A stretch of 64,000 bases of DNA, taken from Owenia fusiformis. Its lineage: Eukaryota. A program made the position numbers and the translations under genes. Of the stretch, positions 49,901-61,559 are shown piece after piece (the stretch's first letter is position 1; the number at the start of each line of letters is the position of its first letter). Location of the stretch: positions 37,076,001-37,140,000 of the forward strand of contig CAIIXF020000001.1 of assembly GCA_903813345.2 (NCBI GenBank), written 5' to 3'. The notes below the pieces were generated by a model. The model did no database searches, was not told the DNA's origin, and was given only the letters and a program-made list of their open reading frames with translations.

Positions 49901-52900
49901 TGCTTACATCACACCCTTATTATGTCACCATGGTGACATGTTGTTATAGTCTCTAACTTTTTTGTGGCCCGTGTTCAGCACATGTAACAGCACTTTGCAG
50001 CAGTAACAGCATTCTGAGGTTGGTGTATGTAAAACATGATGGTGGTGACATTTTGCATGTTGATATATTAATGTAATACTATTTTGCATGTTGATATATT
50101 AATGTAATACTATTGCATTCATCATTGAAATTCAATGTTTAACACTTATTGTGTTTGTGATTGCAGTAGTACAACCATGGGGAGGACTTGACTAGAGCTG
50201 GGCGAATAGATAATCTTCTTCACTGCGTATAACAACATATACAAGCTGTTATGATACTCGATACTTAGCTGCCACATTTCTTACCACATGGAAGTGAATA
50301 GACAACAGACAACATTACATTACTAGGCAACTACATTGCATATGAATAGGTTGCTCATTCAATTTGGTTGCTATGTTACTGACATTGTGGCCAGCATACA
50401 ATTTGGTTGCTATGTTACTGACATTTGGCCTTCATACTATTTGGTTGCTAAGTAACATTCAGTGTGGCTTATAAACAGTTTGGTTGCTATACTATACAAC
50501 TTAGCAGCTATGTATAATTTGGCTGCTATGTAAAATACATTGTGGCCTGCATATAAGTTGGTAGCTATTAATACAACTCAGCTGCAAAACATAATTTGGC
50601 TACTATATTACAAACAAGGTGGTTGTTAACACAATCCAGTCTCTACATTACATACACTGTGACTTCTATATAACTTACATCAGCATCAACTATACCTTGT
50701 AGTCTACATACCCTATGAATGTTAGACCATGTCCAGAATTGAGCTGCTTCACAAAATGGCTTTGCGGTGTATGTTTACATAAAAATAGGACATATGCATA
50801 CACATAACACAGAACAAAGTTGTATCATGTTGTTTTATGGAATATTAAATGCATATTAAAAAATAGCTGAGGTTAAGTTTTCTGAAATTTGGGAACTTTG
50901 AAGTCTCTATTGTAAAAACCTGCTTATGTTTGGATCAAACATAAAAATGCAAATGCATGGACTGGACTGAACCTCCAGTTCCCAAACCCTTGAAGGGGAG
51001 TGTATCCATGTAATAACAATGTACTGTAATGTGATTTTATACATGTTTCTCAATGTAAGACACCTTTATGACTTTATGACTGATCATGAGAAGAACTGAT
51101 TTAAATGATATAATGTATTTTAAAGATGATGTAGAGTTTTTCATAAAACTGCTAAGCAGAGGAAGCTCAATGTTAAATTTGCTATTTCTGTGATCACATT
51201 AAATGTGCCTTTGCATCCATGTGATATGTCATGGGGTATCCTCCAAATAATGATGTAGCAGTTCATTTTTATTATTAATTATTGTCCAAGTTTGATTTTT
51301 GATATTTTAAAAAATGTGCCATACAATTTTTTAAGCGAAATATTGTTCACTCCACTTGGATTTTATCAGAAAACTGTCCTTGAATTGTATTAAAGATGCA
51401 TGAGACTACTTTCGTAAGAGGCAAGGCCAATGTGTATATCAACAAACCTTGCAAATTCCATTTGGGGAGGGGGTAAAGCTTAATTTATTTTAAGTGACAT
51501 ACATTGATTTTTAAAGTACATGTTATATAGGGAAAGCGTGTGTAATTCACAGTGCTTTGGGACATCCTAAGTGCACTGAATAATTGATTATACTGGGTAT
51601 ATGCAACGAAAAGGAAATGGCTTGATGCAGAAAATAGCAATATACATACCATACATACATATATGTACATAACCAGATATTTTCACTATTAGCCCCATTA
51701 CTTAAATGTCTTGTAGCCTACTAATAGTAATAAATAGTCTATGCAATTGATAGAGGGCCGCAGTACGTACACATTGCCTTTGATGCATGATACAATCAAC
51801 CGAAAAACAGAGATCTTAGCAGAATGTTTATGTTGTTATACCTGAATATTGTAAATATTGTACATAGTAGAATTTTAGAAGCATATACTGTTTACACAAC
51901 TTATGATATGCCGTAAGATATATTTTGTATTATACAACAAAACAAGATATTTGGAAACAAGTCCAAACTTTTTTGAATCATTTCCAAATATCGTAGCTAA
52001 TTTTTGCCAAGCTGTAAATAGCTTTATAGTGCAAGAACTTATTGTATATAAAATAGTCAATATTTAAATTAACATTTTATGATGTTTTAGAAAGAAACTT
52101 TTTAGTTGAATACATTGGGTACAAAGTACCTTGTATATTCCCATGTAATTGTAAATGTGTAGAAGTAGAAAGATAGAAATCATGTGTATTAACTTGATTG
52201 AGGCATCATTGATTCCCTTGATATAAAACATCCATGTAGCCTAGATTATCCAGTATATTTTTTCAGTGGAAAATCATCCATATTTTCTCAGTGTAAGACT
52301 ATCCAGTGTAATCTCTCAGTGTAAAGTCCTCCATATTTTCCGAGTGTAAAATTGTAAACTTATCCAGTGTATTTTCTCAGTGTAAATGTGTAACATGTTT
52401 AAATCCAAGAATATATTTGTATCTCAATGTGTGTACAGTGTAGATATGTTGCCCATGTAAATCCAATGTATTTCCAAAATGTAAATATGTTGCACATATA
52501 AATCCATGTATTTGTCCATTGTTACAAAGTGCAAGTGTAAATCAAAGTGTATGTATTCTAATGAGTAATAATTTACGCAAGGAGGCCATTTCACTAAAAA
52601 TCATGAACAACAATTCCTGACTTTATATTATCTTTTGCGATGAAATCTCATAATTTGTTGCAAAAGATAATTGAAGTACACAATCAGGAATAACACAACA
52701 GTTTTGAGAAGTATTTTTAGGATGGTTTCATATGGTTACATGAGACACTTGTTGAAATTAACTGTTAATAGATAGCAGAACTATACATGTTGTAGTGGGA
52801 AGAAGGTATCTTGATGTGACAATCTTAATGTGTGAATGAAAGGATGTTTTAAGATGTATGAATGCTGTAAGGGTAACATACTGTGTATGTTAACTTTTCT

Positions 52901-53988
52901 TTTTAACTTCCAACATTAAGTTTTAGTTGTAGTTATATGCATATACTTTAGTTGATTTAAGTTTGGAAGCTGTGTGTATATTGTTATAAAGCTGTAGAAG
53001 TAGTATCAAATTTTTCCATACCCTGACCTTGACTTCAAACATATGTAAAGTTGTGTCAACAGTTAAATACTTATCCATACTGTTTAGATCCTTTTAGCAA
53101 TTGGGTTTTAACAAGCTTTTGTTCCAAGGATTTTGATTTTATGAATATCTTTTTTTTCACACGTTTTCCGCTTTGTTGAAGGCTTGTTGGTTAATCCATA
53201 GCCAGTATCAAATTCATTCTACCATGCTTTCTATTCCCAAAACTGTGGTTGAGGTAATGGAAGTGATGGGACAATTACCTGTTTCTGAATACCCCTGTTA
53301 TACTATTTCTATATCTTAAAAGATGCTAAGGCCCATATTGAGAGATCTCACAGCTGGCAAGCATCTATAAATTATCTGTCTAATAAATCATCTATCATAA
53401 ATTATCTTCAATTCTAATGCATGCTATTACTTTGAAATAATAATATGTTAGTGTCGAGAAAATATTGTTGTATTGAAATCAGTTTGATTTTCTGGAAAAA
53501 AAGTTTTTCGTTTTATGATGATTTTTTAACAATTTTTGACATGATATTATTTTCTGGCTAAAAAGAAGAATGGATGAAATTTGTGTACAGTTCTGAGATA
53601 AACTGACAAACCACTTGCCATGTGCTTGGTGCTGTGAGATGTGAAAATAGGATACATCTTTTTTCATTTTATTTTTAATCATTAAAACTTTTACATCTGT
53701 ATATCAATTCAAAATATTCCAATTACATAATGCCATTTTTTGCTATCAATACTTAACAGGAATTTTGTTGAAAGTGTGGAGACCCTTATGGTCACTGGTC
53801 AGTGAATGTATGCAACTTCATCCCAGTAGTTCCTTACTAACTACTATGTATTGAAGCTATAGTGTATGTATGTGTTGTATGCATATGCTACAGGCACAAT
53901 ACCAAAAACAGGGTAGTTTTATACATAATACATTTCTTACAGCTTTTGATAGAGTTTATATATCCGTTTAAATTTAAGAGCCAATAAA
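46930..53988 (+). other. Candidate long 3' UTR of the TALE gene (end uncertain)
   Basis: No full-length TEs or coding exons recognised, TGTA-rich; AATAAA at 48539, 51729, 53382 and 53983, the last followed by a GT/T-rich tract. Confidence 0.4.
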
Positions 53989-54779
53989 TCTTCATTTGTA
54001 GCAAATATCTATTGTTTTGTTGTATGATTTAGAAATATGCATTTCTCTTATGATGATAGATACACCTGAGACATGACTAGTGACTACCTTAAGTTATAAT
54101 ATGTTGGAATTTCAGAAGTAATGTATGGGTCATGACTTGACTTAAGCATCATTTTAAATGTAATCTAAATCAGGTGAATCTATGATCTGTCATCTTAAGG
54201 TTATCTTTAACCTATCCAAAAGGTATGAAAATAATAAAATGTAATTCTGGAGTATAAATATTCAATAGATGACCTCACCTGATGACTGGGATAGTACACT
54301 AAAATAACATTAAATACAAATATATTTGAAAGATGGCAGCATCATACAAAGCCTGATGAGAGGGATAGTGCAAGAGGGGGAAACACCCCAGAGTTCATAG
54401 ATGACATACCTTAATAATGTAAACCTGTTTTGGGAAGACACATATCTGATTGGTCAAAATTGATAAACAAATGACATCATCAATGTGGCATTACTCTTTG
54501 CATTAGTTCGACTTCACTTCTTTAAAAAGAACTTCCATTCATAACTGTCTTCAGTTCATAACTGGACTCTACAGTGGTAATGTGCATCAACATTTTCGAA
54601 ATACGCTTAGAATATTATTATGTTCATAACGAGCGGGTTTACCAATATCATAGCTAGCTTCTTATTTCACTTCAAGATAAAGAAAGGTGTAGGGAATATG
54701 CGGATTGCCTACATCGATTAAAACATTACATTGAAGTGTAGTACATGGAAACAAGACATTGAAAATTTGGACAAACGAA

Positions 54780-55145
54780 GGTGGTAGGCAAAATGTCTGT
54801 TATCTCTAAGTTCTGTCGTTTTCCCTCCTCTTGGACAGTATGTTAAAATGACAATAAAATATATTTGTATTTGAAAGATGGCAGCACCGTACAAAGCCTG
54901 ATGACAGGCGGTAAGCAAGATGTCTGTTATCTAAGTTCTGTCGTTTTCCTTCCTCTTGGACAGTATGTTAAAATGACAATAAATTACAAATATATTTGAA
55001 AGATGGCAGCACCGTACAAAGCCTGATGACAGGTGGTAGGCAAGATGTCTGTTATCTCTAAGTTCTGTCGTTTTCCCTCCTCTTGGACAGTACGTTAAAA
55101 TGACAATAAAATACAGATATATTTGAAAGATGACAGCACCATAAC
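54780..55145. repeat. Tandem repeat, ~120-bp unit, about 3 copies (related partial copy at ~54300-54360)
   Basis: aagttctgtcgttttccctcctcttggacagtatgttaaaatgacaataaa...tttgaaagatggcagcacc repeated three times. Confidence 0.9.
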
Positions 55146-55615
55146 GAAGGTTTATGATCATTTACATTTCATGTATCGACTGCCCTGTGTACCCTGGAAA
55201 TCCCGAGTATCATAACGTGACTCTATTTCACATTTTAAAAGAAGGGGTCACAAAATAAAATGTACTAAATTAGTTACAGCCCAACCCCTAAATAACTAAA
55301 ATGCAATCTTGATAGGATACGACAGACTAGATAGGACTCCAAATGGGACTTGAAACTGTATAATAGAAGATAACCACTAGATTTGAGTTAAGTATACTTG
55401 GATTCAAACTTCTAAAAAACGAATGGGGCCACGAATGGTTCAAAATGGTCCAATAGCGAATAGAACAGAACAGAAGTTCCATAAAGTGATAAATTCCGCT
55501 GGAGAGTCAGGCCAAGCCATTGAATGGCAAATTTAAAGGGACATCTATGATTTGTATTGGACGATGGATACATCTAATGACAAAGTACAATGTGTTGTTT
55601 TGCTTTCACATGTGA

Positions 55616-55621
55616 TTTATT
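55616..55621 (-). terminator. Candidate polyadenylation signal of the SPMIP4-like gene
   Basis: AATAAA on the minus strand about 280 nt after the stop codon at 55904. Confidence 0.5.
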
Positions 55622-55903
55622 GGCACGTAGCTTAGTCAACAAGAATAATACTGATCATTATACATTTCAAGGTGTCTATTCGCACCTTTATAATACTGTA
55701 CACGAATTCTAATACTGATATTAAGATATCTATAAGAAATGAATGCAATGTGTTTAATTCTGTGATCCCAACCATGGCAATTTAGCGCGTGCTGTCAGCT
55801 TTCGTTATCAATTAGAAAACGTTAACGGTAGACGAATGTACTCGTCTAGCGTGTTTTTGTATTGCACTGATTTATAATCTCATGATTTATCATATCATCC
55901 TCA

Positions 55904-57560
55904 TTAGAATATATGAAAGTTGGGTGCAGAATCGTGTAACACTTGTGCATTCATTTCATTATTGGGGTAAAATTGATGCTTCTGTCCAAAAATAATATTT
56001 TCCCTCAAATCTGGGTTATTCTCAGTAAACTTTTCATGAAACTCCTTATATGCTTTCGTTTTTGAGAAACTGTCTTGGACAAGATTTAAATTTGATTGTG
56101 GCCGAGGGAGCCCAGTACCACAGGTGTAATTAAATGCTTCGTCGGTTTTGTAATTAAGATTTGAATAGTCCTCTGGTTTAAATTGGTTCATGTAAGCAGT
56201 TTTGTACTCCCATGATTTATTCATGCCTGCTGGGGCAACGTTTGTTGAATTCGAAGCAAATATATTTGTGGCAGTTTCCGGTCGTGCTTTGCGTAGTGGT
56301 GTACCTGGTACAGTGTGGGCTATGGTAGCATTCTCGGCAACAGCTGGTTCATTGATATGCCGAGATATATATGCAGTGTTAGGTGCCATTGCGTTTTCTT
56401 CAATCGAGTTCAACTGGTTCAGTTCATATCGTCCCTGTCTGCTCTGATACTGGTTCTCATTGACCAATTTGTTTGGCTGGGTCTGATGAATAGGTGGATT
56501 ATTCTGTTGGGAGTATCCCACTGGATGGGTTTGTTTAGGAGTTGCTATACTGGCCGTACTTAATCTGATCGGCTCTCCGCCAGCGCCGACTGCCACCTCA
56601 ACACTCTCATTAAACTTGACGCTCTTTCCCGTATTCGAACTCCTCGGGGGAGACTTCAGCAGAGACATAGCTGCATGGCGAACATTGGGGTCGATGGTTT
56701 GGTTTGAGTACGACATCAGATTAATGGGCTCTTGTCTGATTAAAGGGCTGAGCTGATTCTCTTGGAGAAACTTCTGTGAATTGTAGCTTTCGCCCATTGT
56801 GCTTTCTGTAAGCACAACACCGTTTTCCTGGACTCGTATATCGGCGGTCTCAACATTGGGTTGTAACATCGTTTTCTGAATGTCTCTCACTTGTTCGTAA
56901 GGGGCTAACACATCACGATGATTGTTTGCTTCTTGCATATTAGGAAGCGGGTTCTTCTGCGTTTCACTTTGGTCCCAAAGGGCAGCCATCTCTCCATTAA
57001 GGTGAGTTGGATGACTCAAGGCGTTTTTGTGAGAGTCCCCAGTGAGCATCCGCGAAGCAGTAGAGCTGTGTTTATCATCTAGAGAGTTGGCTAGTTTGTA
57101 TGGATTATAGCTTGTCTCATAAAGTCCAGCTCTCTCGGCAGTAAATTCGCCTTCATGATTGTAGAACACCTTGGGTTGGGTCTTCCCGCTGACCTTTGAA
57201 AGTTTATGCTTCATAGCCTGAAGGTCATGGTGTGGTTTATGAAGCTCTAGCACCTGCCAACGATTAGCTGCTTCAACCTGTTGATGTGCGTCATGTTGAG
57301 CCTCACGCATTGGAGCAAGGTAGTTACCTTCTTGGGGAGGTGAAGGGGCACTCGCCGGCTTGTAGGGAATATCTTCAGTTTGTGCTCTTCCTTTTGAAGT
57401 GTATAGGGTCCCGAGACCATGATCGGGATGGCTTTCTTCTTGTGTTCTGACCCATTCCTGGCTGGTATGTTTGTTTCCAGGGTTGGTCTTATTTGGTAGG
57501 TTTACATACTGCTTCCCGTGGAGCAGTCTATGTTCCTCAAGCTCGGTCAAGGTCATCTTT
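55904..57560 (-). CDS. SPMIP4: C7orf31/SPMIP4-like microtubule inner protein, last exon
   Basis: 550-aa ORF; acceptor at 57561-57562, phase 2; C-terminus PRPQSNLNLVQDSFSKTKAYKEFHEKFTENNPDLRENIIFGQKHQFY matches the recalled C7orf31 C-terminal motif (PRPQ...QDSFSKT...DLRDN...KHQFY). Confidence 0.88.
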
Positions 57561-57747
57561 CTAAAAATGTATTGATCACATCATTATTTCAAGAACATCA
57601 TCATTAAACATAAAAAGTAATGGTTTGTAATTTATATATATGTGAAATACTAATAGAATACCATAATTAATGTTACCACGTACTAAGCAACTCCTTAAAG
57701 CAATAAGAAAGTATTCTAACCTAGTTATTGACTATGATTCAACCTAC

Positions 57748-57875
57748 CTTATATAATCAGGGTTTCCTTGGAATTTGTCAAACTGGCTGTGTTCTTTTGC
57801 TTTAGGGGTGACGCCTCTTGTTATTCTACCCTCAAAGGGTCGTGGTGGATCAAATGTATTGACAGAGCTAGGATA
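57748..57875 (-). CDS. SPMIP4: SPMIP4-like exon 4 (YPSSVNTFDPPRPFEGRITR...)
   Basis: AG/GT boundaries, phase 0 in and phase 2 out; PPRPxEGRIxR motif as in C7orf31. Confidence 0.88.
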
Positions 57876-58274
57876 CTGAAAAATGGAAAATACGATTTTA
57901 CTATTTCCAGTTCTGTTTACTAATACATTGACTTTTAAAATTGTTTCAGTTAAGATACTTCTCTCTTAAACTGAAATTATTTCGACAATTTCTTTTTTAT
58001 CACAGAATGCTCTTCATTTATTTTTCTATTCGCTATTTTTCTGTACCTGGCTTAAAATGGCTTACATTGTCAATCCTGACCAAACCACAAATTACTGGCA
58101 TACTGTACTGATATATAAAAATGGAAACATTGACTAGTGGATGTGGCTCATATCGATGACAAACTATGTTTCCATCATAAGATCAACAAAGGTATGAAAC
58201 TATTTTACGTCCTCAAAACAGACACGTAATAAAATGTCATCTACTGTCACCATAAACTTATAAATTATTCTCAC

Positions 58275-58538
58275 CAATTTATCATCAATGAGTCCAATCT
58301 CTGCGTATTTCTGTTTCTTATCATCGTAGTTGTCAAGTTTAAGTGGGTTAAGAGGTCCAATACCAGTGTGGTTTAGGTCATAGGTTGTTTGCCACTGGTT
58401 TCTCTCTATGTTTCGCAGGGCGTTTGCCGTTTTCGGGGTGACTTGTTGATCCACTGGGCGCTTTTCTAAGTTGGGTATGACGGTCTTTGGCGGAGAGGGA
58501 AATAACTGCTGTTGAGATTTCTCTGGGCCTTTCACATT
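58275..58538 (-). CDS. SPMIP4: SPMIP4-like exon 3 (...ANALRNIERNQWQTTYDLNHTGIGPLNPLKLDNY...)
   Basis: 88 codons, phase 0 to phase 0, donor GTGAGA; matches the recalled C7orf31 RNLERSHWLTSY...TGLGPMDPLELDDY block. Confidence 0.9.
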
Positions 58539-58841
58539 CTATAAGCATAATTTTCATATTATCACACATATTGTGTAAAGACCAACATTTGTAAATTCAT
58601 GCTACTACAATGAAATAATCAACAATCAACCAACATATTTCAATATCCGGTCATGTTTGTTGTCAGAGTGTCTTGGATGAGTTCCAGTAAATGCATTCTA
58701 AGTATGATTAGTTTGTTGTATATAATGCATGATGCGGTTCATTGAAGGGCATACCACCATATATGATATCATCAATCTCTTGCAGCATTGAAATAAAGAT
58801 GAGTCTCATTATATAGATCATGCAGACTATCAATGTCTTAC

Positions 58842-59226
58842 CTGGAAAAAGTTATCATTTCCTTGCCAAACAAGGGGATCTTTGTTAGCTTCTGATGGCA
58901 GCTTTTGAATCTCACGCCTCAATCCAGACCCTTTAGTTTTGGAAATAATGGTGCATTCATATGGCTGTGAAGGCATCTCTGCATCCTTTGGCTTGTTTTT
59001 TCTTGCGTCCACGCCACGTTTTGGATCTTCTGGGGAGTTGGCAAATGATGGAAATACCGCTGATCTGGACGTATGTGAACTGTGTGGGTGTTCCGCGGGG
59101 AAGGGCTTGTCGATACTCAGTTTGCCGATGTCCAGTTCTTGGGGCTTGGTCAAGAGCTGATCGTTCCATCTTACGTTGCTTAACTTAAGTTGGGTGAGTG
59201 TGTAGTGTTGGTCGATTGGTTTACCA
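58842..59226 (-). CDS. SPMIP4: SPMIP4-like exon 2 (GKPIDQHYTLTQLKLSNVRWNDQLL...PFPAEHPHSSHTSRSAVFPSF...)
   Basis: Phase 2 in, phase 0 out, donor CAG|GTAAGA; matches the recalled C7orf31 PYPIEHPYHTH...AMFPTFTSPED block. Confidence 0.9.
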
Positions 59227-59272
59227 CTAGAATGATAAAGTATAATATGTTATCCTATGTTATATTATATTA

Positions 59273-60308
59273 TACAAGGGTCGATCCAGATATTCTGATA
59301 AAAATGCCCTCATTTCTTTATTTTTGGAAGTTATTACTTGTAATTTGAACAGACAAAAGATAATTTATTTTGACAAAAGATATAAAAATATAAATTTTAT
59401 TCCTTCATAACTCTTCTCACGGGAGAACTTTTTCGTTGCCATGGTAACGGCACCTGGGACAATAAACTAGAATAAAAGTTTAGCTACAAAATCAAGAGTC
59501 TCACAGACTGATTAAATCAACTATTATGTCCTTCATCTACGCATGCGCTCAAAATAATGTCCTTGTGCAGCCAAACATCGTCTATGTCTATCAACCCAGC
59601 GAGTATATACATCATTGCAGTCAGGGAGTTGGTGTGCAGGGAACGCATAACTGCCTGTTTCATCTCATTGACATCATGAAAACGCCTGCCTTTGAGGTCA
59701 CTCTTCAGTTTCCCAAAAATTGCAAAATCCAATGGCGCTAAATCAGGGGAATATGGGGGATAACCGAGCAGCTCCATACCCATGCTCTCTCTGATAGCAG
59801 TTTGCACACATTCACTTTGATGAGATGGGGCATTATCGTGGTGAAGGATGAAGCCAGTCAGATCTCTGTCAGGGCGATGTTTATTCACGGCTTTTCTCAG
59901 ATGGATTCTCAATACCTGCAAACTTGCTCAAGTGATTTGAATTTGGAGCCAGCTTCTACTTGCTCACAATGGACAATTGTCTGTTGTGATGTCACAAAAC
60001 ACTTAATTGATTGTAGGTGCACCTGCTAAAATGCCAATTGAAGAATATTTGACTCTAAAATGGGTCATAATGGATATAAAAGTATGTAAAGACAAAATAT
60101 GAAGAGACAGAAAAGCTACTTGTCCCAGGTCCCGTTTCCATGGTTACCAATTTTTACCCTAGCAACGCATTAGTGCCCGTATGTTGACTAAACTTACATA
60201 TTTTATGAGCAATTAAATTATCCTCATTTTGTGCAAGTTTGATGTTATAACTCCCAAAAATAAAAAAATGAGAGCATTTTTATCAGAATATCTGGATCGA
60301 CCCTTGTA
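59273..60308 (-). mobile_element. Internally deleted mariner transposon in intron 1 of the SPMIP4-like gene
   Basis: TIR TACAAGGGTCGATCCAGATATTCTGATAAAAATGC at both ends, TA flanks, about 1.04 kb, transposase remnant inside. Confidence 0.92.
59517..59921 (-). pseudogene. Mariner transposase C-terminal fragment
   Basis: ILHHDNAPSH and YPPYSPDLAPLDFAIF motifs; N-terminal DNA-binding domain and first catalytic Asp missing; frameshifted end. Confidence 0.9.
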
Positions 60309-61422
60309 TAACATTATATTATATTTTGATAATGCTCAAATGAAAATGATTAGAAACCCACACGCTCTAGGTCGCATCTACAAATAACTCTTTTGATAAT
60401 GGTCATTGCAAGTCTAGGACGTTCCTCGAATAGTCTAGAGGTTATGTTTTAATTGCATAGGCTGATGTCGAAGCAACAAAGGCGACACGAAGTGGTATTC
60501 CGTATATCACATACTGTTACACAACAACTTTTCATATTATTACAAACATCCATAGCAACAGTGATTGGTATTGCATCTAATTTCGTGATATGAATAATAG
60601 ATCACGGAACACGGTTAAGTAATAACAAAGGGAATACGGACCGATTCGCCGTGTCACCCCAGGAAACCAGAATAAATCAAGCGATAATGTAATGTTTATT
60701 GTGATTTTATATGTAGTGAAAGAGAAAATGATTAATCATTTATAAAGTGCAATGAAGGTCTCGATTACATTGATTATTTCATATGCTTATAGACAGATCA
60801 ATGGAGACGAATTTTGATTCACTTGAACACACATATCCGCCAAAGTTGATTAATTGTAGCCATCAAGTAATAAGCTGTTTGTGGTTGTATGGTTTTTACA
60901 TGTATGATCATCGATATTCAATAACTTAATATCCTAAAATTCAAGGATATCCCTTGTATCGTAATTACGATAATTTTGAATGATGGATGTCCTGTAAAGT
61001 TTTTAGGTTTATCCCATGAAAGGTATCGAATGTAAATCGACTTTTTGTTTGATTTAACTCACTTTAATTATAGAACATTTGTGATGTATATTAACTTGCA
61101 TCTTTTAAAGTCAATCTAACTTTCTGCATTCATGAGTTCTATCCCCAAGAGCCTTATCTTAAATACTGATATGACATATCATGATAATAACAATAGAACA
61201 CACTGAGAGTTTATATAGCAACTGACGAACGTCGTGGCCTTTAGAAAATGATTTAAAATCCCATTATTGTATTTAAATCAATTATCAATTAATATACTTT
61301 TAATCTAAAAAATGATGACCGTAATTAATATGAATTAATCGTGTTGAATTTACGGATGTGAGAAACCTGTTAATTGATTTCAAGTGAACTACATGAACAC
61401 GTCAAATTTTAACTTCACTTAC

Positions 61423-61559
61423 CTATACTGCCACGTTGGTGTCTTTGGCGTCCAAATATTTTCCTTAACTTTAAGATTTCCTCCTAATTTAGCAGTTCCC
61501 CACTCGATGGGTACCAAAGGTTTTTGTTCCACATTCGGGAACAGTTGTAACGATGTCAT
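61423..61559 (-). CDS. SPMIP4: SPMIP4-like exon 1 (MTSLQLFPNVEQKPLVPIEWGTAKLGGNLKVKENIWTPKTPTWQY-S)
   Basis: ATG at 61559 with an in-frame upstream stop; donor AG|GTAAGT, phase 2, compatible with the exon starting at 59226. Confidence 0.75.
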
